Assembly: GCA_947426265.1 (NCBI GenBank)
Contig: CANEDJ010000003.1
Span: 1 to 57,845 of the forward strand
DNA length: 57,845 nucleotides
Source: an uncultured Mycoplasmatota bacterium
GTDB lineage: Bacteria; Bacillota_I; Bacilli_A; RF39; UBA660
Direction: 5' to 3'
Under the pieces are notes generated by a model that saw only the letters and a list, made by a program, of their open reading frames with translations, was not told the origin of the DNA and ran no database searches. Within the stretch, counting starts at the first letter, position 1. Each line of letters begins with the position of its first letter. The position numbers and the translations under genes were made by a program. Below are positions 10,181 to 20,559 of the stretch, in pieces.

Positions 10181-12121
10181 ATGAATAAACCAGTATTATC
10201 GAGACCTTTTTTCTTCATTTTCAAGATGTTGAAACTAATAGTGTTATCACCAGTATATTTGGTAAAATATTTTTCATTAGGCTTCTTTTTTACTATGTGG
10301 TTTTTTATTTCTAATGTAGTGAATATGATAGGCTTTATTGTGATGTACCCGTCTTATATTGTTTATAAGATTGTTAGGTTTGTAGTAAATATAGTAGGAA
10401 AATTGGTGTTATTTCTATCTTATGGAGTGTATAGAATTGTAAAATTGATTTTCTTCCCAGTATTGATATTAGCAAAACCTAAGTCAAAACCAGGAACAAA
10501 GAACGAGACACTTGCAACTACAAAATCAGAAAAAGTTGTAAAAGTAGACGCAAAGAAATTAAAGAAAGCCAAAGCATTAGAAGAAAAACAATTACGAATT
10601 GAAAAGGAAAAAGAAGAAAAAGCAAGACTTGCTGAAGAACGTAAGAAAAGAAAAAAACGTGAAAATGAATCATATGTTAATGAGAATGTTACTAGAGAAA
10701 AGAAATCGTTTGGAGATAAAATTAATGATGCTTTACTTCATATGGGAAAAACTCCAAAACGTATGGTTGAGAACGTTAAAAAACGTTGGAATAATACATC
10801 TTTTGTAAAAAATGCTAAAAACAAAAAAGATATTAATCGTCAAGCATTATTGATTAATTTTGAAGGCGATGATGCCAAAAAATCTGATAAAAAGTTGATG
10901 TATGAATATGAAGGTAAAAATGCTGAAGGAAAGATTGTAAAAGGTTATTTTGAGGCCTATTCAAAAGTAGAAGTGCATTCTTTCTTATTGAGTGAAGGAT
11001 TCGAAGTTTATAGTATAAAAACAAATAAATTAATTCAGTTATTACATAGTAATGCAACTGGAAATACCTCTAAAATGAAAGTGAAAGATATGATTTTCTT
11101 TTTAACACAACTTTCTACTTATATCAAAGCAGGTATTCCATTGGTTGATTCGTTAAAAATTTTAACAAAACAATTTAAAAACAAAACTTATCAACGTATA
11201 TTTAGAGCAATGATTTATGACTTGACAATGGGAGAAAGTTTTAGTTCAGCTTTAGAAAAGCAAGGAAATGCTTTTCCTAGATTATTGATTAACATGGTAA
11301 AGGCATCTGAAATGACAGGAGAACTTCCAGAAGCACTAGATGATATGTCAGACTATTATACAGAAACAGAAAGAACTAGAAAACAAATGATTAGTGCTAT
11401 GATGTATCCAAGTATTGTATTTGTGGTAGCAATAGCAGTAGTAACTTTTATTTTACTATATGTTGTACCAAGGTTTGTAGAAATTTACAAAACGATGGAT
11501 GAAGCGTCTATTCCAGAATTTACTAGATTCGTACTTAATGTGAGTGATTTCTTACAAGCATACTTTGTATGGATATTGATTGGCTTTATTATATTTGTAT
11601 TGGTAACAAGATATTTATATCATAATGTAAAAGTTATTCGTACTATGTTACAATGGACGATTATGCATTTTCCTGTATTTGGGAATGTTATCATTTATAA
11701 TGAAGTTACGATGTTTACCAAAACGTTTAGCTCTTTATTAGCTCATAACGTATTTATTACGGATAGTATGGAAGTATTAAATAAAATTACAAATAATGAA
11801 GTTTATAAAATGCTAATTTTAGATACAATTACAAACTTAGCTAAAGGTGAAAAAATTTCAGAAGCTTTTAAGGATCATTGGGCGTTTCCACTTCCTGCTT
11901 ATGAAATGATTGTAACTGGAGAAAAGACAGGTCAATTAGCTGAAATGATGGCAAAAGTATCTAGTTATTATCAAGATTTACATGCCAATGCGGTTACTAG
12001 AATTAAGTCTTTCTTGGAACCAGTATTAATTATTTCACTTACTGTAGTTGTAGGATTTATCGTATTAGCAGTTGTTATTCCAATGTTTAATATGTATTCT
12101 TCAATTCAAGGAATAAGTTAG
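10181..12121 (+). CDS. type IV pilus / competence platform protein (PilC/GspF/ComGB family) with a ~239-aa non-canonical N-terminal extension
   Basis: From M240 (nt 10898) on, a canonical PilC: MYEYEGKNAEGKIVKGYFEAYSKVEVHSFLLSEGFEV, two T2SSF repeats, 3 TM segments. Residues 1-239 are hydrophobic repeats plus a Lys/Glu-rich stretch. Confidence 0.9.
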   Translation: MNKPVLSRPFFFIFKMLKLIVLSPVYLVKYFSLGFFFTMWFFISNVVNMIGFIVMYPSYIVYKIVRFVVNIVGKLVLFLSYGVYRIVKLIFFPVLILAKPKSKPGTKNETLATTKSEKVVKVDAKKLKKAKALEEKQLRIEKEKEEKARLAEERKKRKKRENESYVNENVTREKKSFGDKINDALLHMGKTPKRMVENVKKRWNNTSFVKNAKNKKDINRQALLINFEGDDAKKSDKKLMYEYEGKNAEGKIVKGYFEAYSKVEVHSFLLSEGFEVYSIKTNKLIQLLHSNATGNTSKMKVKDMIFFLTQLSTYIKAGIPLVDSLKILTKQFKNKTYQRIFRAMIYDLTMGESFSSALEKQGNAFPRLLINMVKASEMTGELPEALDDMSDYYTETERTRKQMISAMMYPSIVFVVAIAVVTFILLYVVPRFVEIYKTMDEASIPEFTRFVLNVSDFLQAYFVWILIGFIIFVLVTRYLYHNVKVIRTMLQWTIMHFPVFGNVIIYNEVTMFTKTFSSLLAHNVFITDSMEVLNKITNNEVYKMLILDTITNLAKGEKISEAFKDHWAFPLPAYEMIVTGEKTGQLAEMMAKVSSYYQDLHANAVTRIKSFLEPVLIISLTVVVGFIVLAVVIPMFNMYSSIQGIS

Positions 12122-12148
12122 CAAAAAGAGAGTAGAGGAGTAAGTACT

Positions 12149-12925
12149 ATGGAATTATACTATGCAATTACATTCTTTATATTTGGAACTATCTTTGGTT
12201 CCTTCTATAATGTTGTTGGGTACAGGTTACCAAAAGGAGAGTCGATTTTATATCCTCCTTCCCATTGCCCAAATTGTAATCATAGATTGGGTCCATTAGA
12301 ACTTATCCCTATATTCTCTTTTTTTATACAGGGAAGAAAGTGTGTTAGTTGTTATCAAAAAATTTCATGGTTTTATCCAATCTTTGAATTTAGCTGTGGT
12401 TTATTGTTCGCTATTGCTTATCTTATTTTTGGTTTATCTTTAGAACTGGTAATTGCGCTTACTTTTATTTCTATGTTATGTATTATTGTATTAAGTGATT
12501 ATGAATATATGATTATTTCAGATGAAGTATTAATATTTTTTAGCATTATACTTACAGTAGAATTATTTATAAAAGATGGATTTGCTTCTACTGGAATGCA
12601 TTTATTAGAAGGAGTTTTGGCATTTTTTACAATGTGGGGAATTAAAAAGCTTGGCGATTTTATGTTTAAAAAGGAGTCCATGGGTGGTGGAGATATTAAA
12701 TTAATGTTTGTATTTGGATTAGTTCTAGGTTATCCGCTTTCCATTATTTCCATCTTTGTTGGATCAATTATTGGACTTCCTATTTCTTTGATTATTGTGG
12801 CAAAAAAGAGTAGTCATGAAATCCCATTTGGACCATTTTTGAGTGCAGGTGCCTTAATTTTATTACTATCACGAATTGATTTTAATTCAATTATAAAAGC
12901 GATGGAAACTTTGATAATTATGTAA
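12149..12925 (+). CDS. pilD: prepilin peptidase (A24 family; PilD/ComC)
   Basis: N-terminal CPNCNHRL...CVSC zinc motif, FGPFL, GGGDIKL catalytic Asp motif. Confidence 0.92.
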   Translation: MELYYAITFFIFGTIFGSFYNVVGYRLPKGESILYPPSHCPNCNHRLGPLELIPIFSFFIQGRKCVSCYQKISWFYPIFEFSCGLLFAIAYLIFGLSLELVIALTFISMLCIIVLSDYEYMIISDEVLIFFSIILTVELFIKDGFASTGMHLLEGVLAFFTMWGIKKLGDFMFKKESMGGGDIKLMFVFGLVLGYPLSIISIFVGSIIGLPISLIIVAKKSSHEIPFGPFLSAGALILLLSRIDFNSIIKAMETLIIM

Positions 12926-12947
12926 AGAACCTTATTGGTTCTTTTTT
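12926..12947 (+). terminator. intrinsic terminator of pilD
   Basis: AGAACC-TTATT-GGTTCT followed by T6. Confidence 0.75.
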
Positions 12948-12962
12948 ATTTTAAAAGAGCAT

Positions 12963-12988
12963 AAAAAAAGAAGCAAGTCTTTGCTTCT
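12963..12988 (-). terminator. intrinsic terminator of pilB/comGA
   Basis: AGAAGCAA-AGAC-TTGCTTCT then T-run on the minus strand; the stop codon lies in the stem. Confidence 0.75.
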
Positions 12989-14552
12989 ATAATGAATCTA
13001 AATCAACATCAGCTGCTTGCATCATAATCTCATCAATACTACGTGCAGCATTAGTAGGTGTAGAAGTTCTTTCTCTTACCATAGCGCTTCTACTTGGAGT
13101 AGAACTTTCAGATGGTCTTGCAGGTATTTCTCTAGGTACTTGCTGTGTATTGATTGGCCTTGGCTGAGTAGGTCTAGCTTGTGGTTGCTGTTGATGTGGT
13201 ACTTCAGAATTTCTTGTATGATTTTCTAAATTAGGCCTTTGAATTGGACTTGTAGGTCTTGCAGGAGTAGGTCTTATAGAACCTCTATCATTTTCATTTA
13301 CAGAGCGATGTGTTGAGTCTGTATAATCAAGTGCAGTTTTTAAGTCAAATGAACCTGCTAAATTATCATCATCATCTAATTCAATAAGTTTTAAAATTTC
13401 TTCAAATGTTGTTAAACCTTTTTCTACTTTTTCAAGTCCGTCTTGAAGTAATGTAATTACATCAGTATTATATACTAAACGACGTAAATCTTCTTTTCGC
13501 ATATCTTGACTAATAGCGTCTTTAATCTCTTGATTAATTAATAATACTTCATGAATAGCAATTCTTCCTTTATATCCATTTCCACATTCAGGGCAGCCTT
13601 CTACAGAATAAACTTCACTTACTTCATGTCCTAATACTTTTCTAAATAAATCTTTTTCATATTGATTTGTTGGTCTTTTAGAGCGGCATTTTGGACATAA
13701 CTTACGTGCTAATTTTTGTGAAATGATTCCTTCTAAAGCACTTGATAGTAAGTAACGTTCAACATCCATATCAAGCAAACGTTCAATTGTATTTAATGAA
13801 TTGTTGGTGTGAATTGTTGATAATACAATATGACCTGTAATAGAAGCACGTACTGCGATTTTTGCTGTTTCAGTGTCACGAATTTCTCCGATCATGATAA
13901 CATTAGGGTCTTGACGTAGGATAGATCGTAATGCAGTTGCAAAGTCTAGTCCAATTTCAGAATTGGTTTGAACTTGATTGATACCTTCGATATCCATTTC
14001 TATTGGGTCTTCAACCGTAACAATATTTGTATCTTCATTATTTAATTTTTGAAGAATAGAGTATACAGTAGTTGATTTACCACTTCCTGTAGCTCCAGTT
14101 ACTAGGATAATTCCGTTAGGAACGCTAATCATTTTTAAAACCTTTTTATAATTTTCTTCACTAAATCCTAAATTTTCTATTCCACTTAAACTCATAGAGT
14201 AGTCTAAAATACGAATAACAATCTTTTCTCCTTCGCTTGTTGGTAAACAAGAAACACGAAGATCTAAGTTAACTCCCTGTAAAGTAGCTTTAATTGCACC
14301 ATCTTGTGGAAGTCTAGATTCTGTAATGTTCATTCCAGAAATAATTTTGATACGCGTAACTAAGTTCTTTTTTATGGTATTAGGAACTTCAGCATAGTCA
14401 ATTAGCGCACCATCAATACGAATTCTGATTTTCATGAACTCTGCATGAGGGTCAAAGTGAATATCGCTGGCACCTCTTTTGGCGGCATCAACCATAATCT
14501 CATTTACTACCTCAACAACAGGCATTTTCTCAAAATCAAATTTTTTTAACAT
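12987..14552 (-). CDS. type IV pilus / competence assembly ATPase (GspE/PilB/ComGA family) with a ~130-aa low-complexity C-terminal tail
   Basis: Walker A GATGSGKST, Asp box, Walker B, His box, tetra-Cys CPKC...CPEC. No long N1 domain (ComGA-like). Tail aa 392-521 is Pro/Thr/Gln/Arg-rich. Confidence 0.92.
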   Translation of the reverse strand: MLKKFDFEKMPVVEVVNEIMVDAAKRGASDIHFDPHAEFMKIRIRIDGALIDYAEVPNTIKKNLVTRIKIISGMNITESRLPQDGAIKATLQGVNLDLRVSCLPTSEGEKIVIRILDYSMSLSGIENLGFSEENYKKVLKMISVPNGIILVTGATGSGKSTTVYSILQKLNNEDTNIVTVEDPIEMDIEGINQVQTNSEIGLDFATALRSILRQDPNVIMIGEIRDTETAKIAVRASITGHIVLSTIHTNNSLNTIERLLDMDVERYLLSSALEGIISQKLARKLCPKCRSKRPTNQYEKDLFRKVLGHEVSEVYSVEGCPECGNGYKGRIAIHEVLLINQEIKDAISQDMRKEDLRRLVYNTDVITLLQDGLEKVEKGLTTFEEILKLIELDDDDNLAGSFDLKTALDYTDSTHRSVNENDRGSIRPTPARPTSPIQRPNLENHTRNSEVPHQQQPQARPTQPRPINTQQVPREIPARPSESSTPSRSAMVRERTSTPTNAARSIDEIMMQAADVDLDSL

Positions 14553-14650
14553 TTAAAAATTCATCCCCTTTTATTCTTTTGGACTAGCTTTTATCCTGAA
14601 ACTATTATATAATACTATTAGAATAAATTCAAGTACCGTGGGAGGAGTTT

Positions 14651-15148
14651 ATGAAAAAATTAAATAATAAGGGGTTTATGTTGACAGAAACGTTAGTGGT
14701 TGCAACTTTTGTAATTGCAACATTGGTTTTCTTATATACACAATTTAGAACAGTAAATAGAAGTTATAGTACCAGTTTTAAATATAATAATGCAGAAGAA
14801 TTATATGCACTTGGAAATGTGAGTGATTATTTAAAGCTAAATGGAATTCATACAGTTGGCTCTATTGTAGCTTCTAGTTCTGAACGCTATTTGGATATTA
14901 CTGATTGTAATGGTAGTTTTTTATCAGAAGCAAATTATTGTACAGCTCTTGTAAACACATTGGGAATTAAACAGATGATTGTCACCTCTGAAAATTTAGA
15001 TGAATTAAAATCTGCCATGAAAAGTAATGAACGTTTGTCAGAGAATATGAAAGATTTTATTTCTGTTATTAAATATAATAAAACGGGATCAAATTACCGA
15101 ATTATTGCAGAATTTACAAATGGTACATTTGCGACAATTACTATATAA
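14651..15148 (+). CDS. minor pilin-like protein (prepilin-type N-terminus)
   Basis: MKKLNNKG|FMLTETLVVATFVIATLVFLY; GGGAGG SD. Confidence 0.7.
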   Translation: MKKLNNKGFMLTETLVVATFVIATLVFLYTQFRTVNRSYSTSFKYNNAEELYALGNVSDYLKLNGIHTVGSIVASSSERYLDITDCNGSFLSEANYCTALVNTLGIKQMIVTSENLDELKSAMKSNERLSENMKDFISVIKYNKTGSNYRIIAEFTNGTFATITI

Positions 15149-15159
15149 GGAGGAGTAAC

Positions 15160-15666
15160 ATGAAGAATCAAAAAGGGTTTACCTTGGTAGAATTAATTGC
15201 ATCTTTTACACTTGCGCTTGTTATTATGTTTTTCTTATTCCAAATTGTGATTACTGTAAAAGAACTTTATGTATCATCTGGATTAAAAACAGAAATGTTG
15301 ATTAGACAAGCCAATTTAGAAAGACAAATAGGATTAGATTTGAAGGAAAAGGCATTAACAAGCGTTGCTAGCTGTGGAACTGACTGTTATAGACTTGTCT
15401 ATGGAGATAATACTTCAAAAGAATTAAAGGTAGATAGAAGTAGGAATATTGTTTCTTATGGGGCTTATCAAATTTCTATTCAAGATGGAAGTAAAATTGG
15501 TAATTTTACAATTACTAAAAATACAGTGTCTGGAGTTTCTAGTGGAAAATATAATACCATTTTATTAATTGATATTCCGATTACCAATAAAGTAGTAACA
15601 GGAAGAAACTTTGGAGTTCATATGGTTTATCAATATGATAGTAGGGTAACTAATATTGGTTTATAA
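15160..15666 (+). CDS. minor pilin-like protein (prepilin-type N-terminal cleavage/methylation domain)
   Basis: MKNQKG|FTLVELIASFTLALVIMFFLF; GGAGGAG SD. Confidence 0.75.
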   Translation: MKNQKGFTLVELIASFTLALVIMFFLFQIVITVKELYVSSGLKTEMLIRQANLERQIGLDLKEKALTSVASCGTDCYRLVYGDNTSKELKVDRSRNIVSYGAYQISIQDGSKIGNFTITKNTVSGVSSGKYNTILLIDIPITNKVVTGRNFGVHMVYQYDSRVTNIGL

Positions 15667-16641
15667 CAGAAGAGTCCAAAAATCAAATAAGAAAAATACC
15701 AAAATTGAAGCGAGTAAGGCATGAATGACTCTTGCTACTAAAAATGGAAAGTATTTAATTTTAGTAGTACTGATGATGCTGATTACTTGCATATGGACAG
15801 AAAGTCCGCCAAATGAAAGTATCATAGCAGTTAAGATACTTTTTAATTTTAATGGGATATTTAATACACTGACATACTTTAATCCTTGTGTCATTTCTAC
15901 AAATCCGTTTAAAATGCTTTGATTATAATTGTTAAGTTGAATATTTTTATCAATAATTGTTGTGATAACTAAGAAAGTTGTTACAGTCCCTAAAATTAAT
16001 AAAAGGGTTGAAATACTATTTTGAAGCGCTTTTGTTAAAATCTGGCCGAAATTAGAAGAGTTACTGATTCGTTTTTGATGCATAGAAAAAATTGCCTTTT
16101 TTAAAGATATGGAGCAACTTTTTTCTTTTGTTGGATAGAAATTTCGAAAAAGAATCCCAATGATAATATTTCCTATATAATGGCAAAGTAAAATGAGTAG
16201 TCCTACTTCTTTATTGTTTAAGAATAAAATAGAAACCGTTCCTAATATAAATAAAGGATTAGAAAAGCAGGTAAACATTAGAATTTTAGTTCCCTCTTGT
16301 TCATCAATTCTTCCTTGTTCTAATAACTCTTTTGTATATTTGGCATTGGAAGGAAATCCTGATATAATACTCATAACAAATATAAAAGCACATGAACTAT
16401 TTGTTTTAAATAAACGTACCATGATAGGTTTTAATAACTCTCCACAAAGCTCAATAAAACCATAATTCATTAAAATTTCAGATAGCACAAAAAAAGGAAA
16501 AAGAGAAGGAAAAATATTGTTTTTCCATATACTAAATGAAAATGTTACCGATTCTAAAATGGCAGCACGTTCTGTTAATATTTGAATGCCAATAAAAATG
16601 AATAAACTCATTATAATAATACTAGACCATATTTTTTTCAT
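15661..16641 (-). CDS. ylbJ: sporulation integral membrane protein YlbJ (nucleoside-recognition/Gate domain)
   Basis: IFPSLFPFFVLSEILMNYGFIELCGELLKPIM...ISGFPSNAKYT...FSNPLFILG matches the YlbJ pattern; converges on the pilin gene with a 6-nt overlap. Confidence 0.85.
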   Translation of the reverse strand: MKKIWSSIIIMSLFIFIGIQILTERAAILESVTFSFSIWKNNIFPSLFPFFVLSEILMNYGFIELCGELLKPIMVRLFKTNSSCAFIFVMSIISGFPSNAKYTKELLEQGRIDEQEGTKILMFTCFSNPLFILGTVSILFLNNKEVGLLILLCHYIGNIIIGILFRNFYPTKEKSCSISLKKAIFSMHQKRISNSSNFGQILTKALQNSISTLLLILGTVTTFLVITTIIDKNIQLNNYNQSILNGFVEMTQGLKYVSVLNIPLKLKSILTAMILSFGGLSVHMQVISIISTTKIKYFPFLVARVIHALLASILVFFLFDFWTLLL

Positions 16642-16685
16642 AACTTTCTCCTTTTGGTGATATAATTTTAAAAGAGGTGAAGCAA

Positions 16686-17696
16686 ATGTTTACTAAAGTA
16701 TATGATAAAGTGAAGCAATTTTTGAGTAATGAGTGGAAATTTTTTCTTTTAATTGTTGTAATTAGTTTTATTACAATGTTTGAATTTCCATATTATATAG
16801 ATACTCCAGGTGGACTTCTTGATGTATCTGATCGTATTGAAATAAAAGATAGTTATAGTAGTAAAGGTAGCTTTAATTTAGCCTATGTTTCTGAATTGAA
16901 AGCAACAATTCCAACTTTATTTATTGCTTGGCTTCATCCAGATTGGGACATTTTAAAAGAAGAAGATGTTCTTTATGATAATGAAACGATGAAAGATTTG
17001 ATGTTAAGGGATCAATTACTATTACAAGAAGCAGTAGGAAATGCCACCATAGTAGGGTATCAGAAAGCAGGAAAAGAATTAACCATAAAAAATGAAAAAG
17101 TATACGTTGGATATGTTTTGGAAGAGGCTGAAACGACTTTAAAAGTAGGAGATCAAATTTTAGAAGTAAATGGAATAAAAGTAGAAAATAAAGAACAATT
17201 ATCCAAATTAACTCAAACATTTAAAAAAGGAGAAACAATTGAATTAAAAGTATTGTATGAAGAGAAAGAAAAAATTAGAACTGCTACTTTAAAAGAAGTA
17301 GATGGTCGAATATTGGTAGGTATTATTCTAACTCAAATTAGTGAAGTGGAAACAAACCCAGAAATTGAATTTCATTTTAAAAAAAGTGAATCGGGTCCAT
17401 CAGGAGGATTAATGACCGCACTTTCTATTTATAATATGCTTACAGAAGAAGATTTAACAAAAGGAAAGAGAATTGTTGGAACGGGAACAATTGAACTAGA
17501 TGGAACAGTAGGAAGTATTGGTGGAGTGAAATATAAATTAAAAGGTGCAGTCAATAAAAAAGCTGAAATATTTTTTGTTCCAGCAGGCGAAAATTATGAA
17601 GAAGCCATGAAGTTAAAAGAAAAAAATAATTATAAAATAGAAATTATTTCGATTTCTAATATTGATGATGCGATCAATTATTTAAAAAACTTATAA
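16686..17696 (+). CDS. ylbL: YlbL-type membrane-anchored PDZ + Lon-like (S16) protease
   Basis: TM anchor, PDZ (LKVGDQILEVNGIKV), Lon C-terminal domain SESGPSGGLMTAL...GTGTIELDGTVGSIGGVKYKL. The GTG at 16677 lies inside the SD, so ATG 16686 is preferred. Confidence 0.85.
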   Translation: MFTKVYDKVKQFLSNEWKFFLLIVVISFITMFEFPYYIDTPGGLLDVSDRIEIKDSYSSKGSFNLAYVSELKATIPTLFIAWLHPDWDILKEEDVLYDNETMKDLMLRDQLLLQEAVGNATIVGYQKAGKELTIKNEKVYVGYVLEEAETTLKVGDQILEVNGIKVENKEQLSKLTQTFKKGETIELKVLYEEKEKIRTATLKEVDGRILVGIILTQISEVETNPEIEFHFKKSESGPSGGLMTALSIYNMLTEEDLTKGKRIVGTGTIELDGTVGSIGGVKYKLKGAVNKKAEIFFVPAGENYEEAMKLKEKNNYKIEIISISNIDDAINYLKNL

Positions 17697-17761
17697 AGAA
17701 CTGAAAAGTTCTCTTTTTTGTATACTTGTGCTATAATCGTAGTTAGTATAGGAGTGTTGTT

Positions 17762-20476
17762 ATGATAGAACTAAAAGGGGTTAGTAAAATATACAAAGCG
17801 AAAAAAGGAGTAAAAACAGTTGCACTTGATAATGTTTCTTTTACACTTCCAAATAAAGGGCTATTCTTTATTTTAGGAAAAAGTGGCTCAGGGAAATCGA
17901 CACTATTAAATATTTTAGGTGGATTAGACAAATATGATAGTGGCGATATGATAGTTGACACTAAAAGTACAAAAAAATTTTGGGGCAAAGATTATGATTA
18001 TTATCGAAATACTTATATTGGTTTTATCTTTCAAGAATTTAATTTATTAGAAGAATATAATGTTTATGATAATATTATGCTGAGTAGGAAACTTCAAAAA
18101 GAAAAAGTAAGTCAAACAGTTGTTGATGAGTTACTAAATAAAGTGGGAATTGATGGTTTAGGAAAAAGGCGGATGAACGAATTATCTGGAGGACAAAAAC
18201 AGAGGGTTGCAATTGCAAGAGCATTAATAAAAAATCCAGAAATTATATTAGCAGACGAACCAACAGGAAATTTAGATGCTGAAACTGGAAAACAAATTTT
18301 TACTTTGTTAAAATCAATCTCTAAAGAAAAGCTTGTGATTGTTGTGTCACATGATAGAGAATCAGCACTCGCTTACGCAGATGGTATTATAGAAATTGCA
18401 GATGGGAAAATCATTTCTAATAGTATTCAATTATCATTAGAGGAAAATAAAGCTTTTAGAGCTAAAAAGTCAAAACTTCCGTTTTTCTCTAGTATGAAAT
18501 TTGCATTTGCCAACCTAGGAAGTCATAAAGTGAAACTCTTTTTCACCATTTTATTGGTTTTTATGTCCGTTGTATTTTTTGGAACATCTAAAATCCTATC
18601 TAAATTTGATATTGAAAAAAGCCATGCGAAAACGATGGCTGAAAATAATAATGAATATGTTACTTTAAAAAAAGGAACTTATGATGACTATAATAAAAAA
18701 TGGTATAATGGCGCAGATTATGTTGAATTAAACGATGAGGATATTGCTTATATATCAAAATATTTAACAAGTACTTATGTGAATAAATATCTATTAAATG
18801 AGGATAATGAAGAAATAACATTTGATATTGATTACAAGGGAATGTTTAATAATGATAAAACTTCTTCATACTATTTGATGCAACCAAACTACTTGAAATT
18901 TATAGAAACTGATGAACAATTTATCAAGCAAAAAATAATTGGAGAATATCCAAAAGCATATGATGAAATTATGATTCACAGTTATTTTGCAGATTATATT
19001 ATGCAGTATGGAATTTTATTATATGAAGAAAATCCAAATCAATTTAAGAAGGAATATTATAAACCAACTAGTTATGAGGATTTTTTTGTAGGAGATAAAT
19101 ATTTGAAACTAGGAACAACAAAAGTAAAAGTAACAGGTATTATTTTAGATGATACAGAACCATTTCAATTTTTAAAAGAAATTCCTTATAAAGAACAAGT
19201 AGGAGTAAAAATCGAAGCCTTTTTAGGGGTTCCAACAAGCAATAATAAAATGTATGAATTTAATGCGAAAATATTAAGTAACGCAACGGATATTTATGTA
19301 GTACCAGGTTTTGTTAAAAACGTTGGTTTAAAGCCAAATACTGTTATTGATAGTAACCACTATGCTACTCAATTAAAACAAGAAGATAAGACTTATTATT
19401 TAGGAAGTCAAATGCGTCATTTAGAAAATAAAGTGAGTATATTGAATGGAGAAAAAATGACTACAATAGATTCATTGCAAAATAATGAGATTATTGTTCC
19501 AGAAAGTTATTTAGATCGAATTTCCAAAAACGAATACACAAAATTAAAGGAACAATACATTAAAGATTATAATGAGAATGTTAGAAAATTAGAAATTGAA
19601 AATAAAACTATTCGTGAGGAAAATAAAAAAGCGCAAGAAGAATATGATCTAAAATTGGAAAACGGCGAGGAAGTAGAAGAACCAATATTCAAAGAAGAAA
19701 AAGAAATTATATATAAAGATGATGATGAATTAAAGCAAGAATTTTTGAAAAACTATTTAAAAGAAAACTCTATATTAGATATTCCTGTATCTTTAATATT
19801 GTCAGCTCACCAAGGCACAAATAAACTAGGAAAATTTGAAAATTTAAAAATTATAGGGATAGAATTAGATGGAGATAATATCTATATACCTAATACAATG
19901 GCACAAGATTTCATGAGAAAAAACTATTATGTTTGTAACTTATTGATTCGAGAAAAAGATAGGAAAAAAATTGAAGAACTATTTATAAATTTTCCATATG
20001 ATGATGCGAAATATTTAAGTATTACAACTTATTCTGAAAATATTTCAACAATTAGTTTGGCATTGGGAAACCTTGCTTTTATTGCAAAATATGCAAGTTA
20101 TATATTTGGTTTTTTTGCCTTTATTCTACTTACCAATTTTATTGTAAATTCAATTTATTATAATAAAAAAACAATTGGAATATTAAGAGGATTAGGTGCT
20201 AGAAAAAAAGATGTTTTCAAGATTTTCTTAAACGAAGGTCTTATTATCGGAGTTTTTTCATTAATTTTATCAATTACAACTTTATATATTGCCATATACA
20301 TAACAAATAATTATATATCAAGCCATTTATTTTTCCATATCGATTTTATTATATTTATGCCAGAAAATTTATGTATTATTATTGGTAGTGTACTTGCTAT
20401 TATCTTTGTATCTTCACTATTTACAGTTAGAAGAATAGCGAAAATGAATCCAGTAGATGCTATATTAAATAAATAG
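17762..20476 (+). CDS. fused ABC transporter ATPase + FtsX/MacB-type permease with a very large extracytoplasmic domain
   Basis: Walker A GKSGSGKST, signature LSGGQKQRVAIARAL, Walker B ILADEPT; C-terminal FtsX 4-helix core (GILRGLGARKKDV). Confidence 0.85.
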   Translation: MIELKGVSKIYKAKKGVKTVALDNVSFTLPNKGLFFILGKSGSGKSTLLNILGGLDKYDSGDMIVDTKSTKKFWGKDYDYYRNTYIGFIFQEFNLLEEYNVYDNIMLSRKLQKEKVSQTVVDELLNKVGIDGLGKRRMNELSGGQKQRVAIARALIKNPEIILADEPTGNLDAETGKQIFTLLKSISKEKLVIVVSHDRESALAYADGIIEIADGKIISNSIQLSLEENKAFRAKKSKLPFFSSMKFAFANLGSHKVKLFFTILLVFMSVVFFGTSKILSKFDIEKSHAKTMAENNNEYVTLKKGTYDDYNKKWYNGADYVELNDEDIAYISKYLTSTYVNKYLLNEDNEEITFDIDYKGMFNNDKTSSYYLMQPNYLKFIETDEQFIKQKIIGEYPKAYDEIMIHSYFADYIMQYGILLYEENPNQFKKEYYKPTSYEDFFVGDKYLKLGTTKVKVTGIILDDTEPFQFLKEIPYKEQVGVKIEAFLGVPTSNNKMYEFNAKILSNATDIYVVPGFVKNVGLKPNTVIDSNHYATQLKQEDKTYYLGSQMRHLENKVSILNGEKMTTIDSLQNNEIIVPESYLDRISKNEYTKLKEQYIKDYNENVRKLEIENKTIREENKKAQEEYDLKLENGEEVEEPIFKEEKEIIYKDDDELKQEFLKNYLKENSILDIPVSLILSAHQGTNKLGKFENLKIIGIELDGDNIYIPNTMAQDFMRKNYYVCNLLIREKDRKKIEELFINFPYDDAKYLSITTYSENISTISLALGNLAFIAKYASYIFGFFAFILLTNFIVNSIYYNKKTIGILRGLGARKKDVFKIFLNEGLIIGVFSLILSITTLYIAIYITNNYISSHLFFHIDFIIFMPENLCIIIGSVLAIIFVSSLFTVRRIAKMNPVDAILNK

Positions 20477-20559
20477 GTATTTAAAAACAAATCATATCAA
20501 TTTTTTTGAGGGTTTGTTTTTTTTGTTATAATACATTTATTAAGAAAGGGGTAATCTAA

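Noticed and set aside
10599-10808. 69-aa ORF in another frame within the pilC extension
   Set aside because: A Lys-rich shadow of the AAR-rich charged segment, with no SD.
13017-13229. 70-aa plus-strand ORF inside the pilB tail
   Set aside because: It exists only because the tail region is locally GC-richer and lacks stops. No SD, and a Cys/Trp/Ser-rich nonsense composition.
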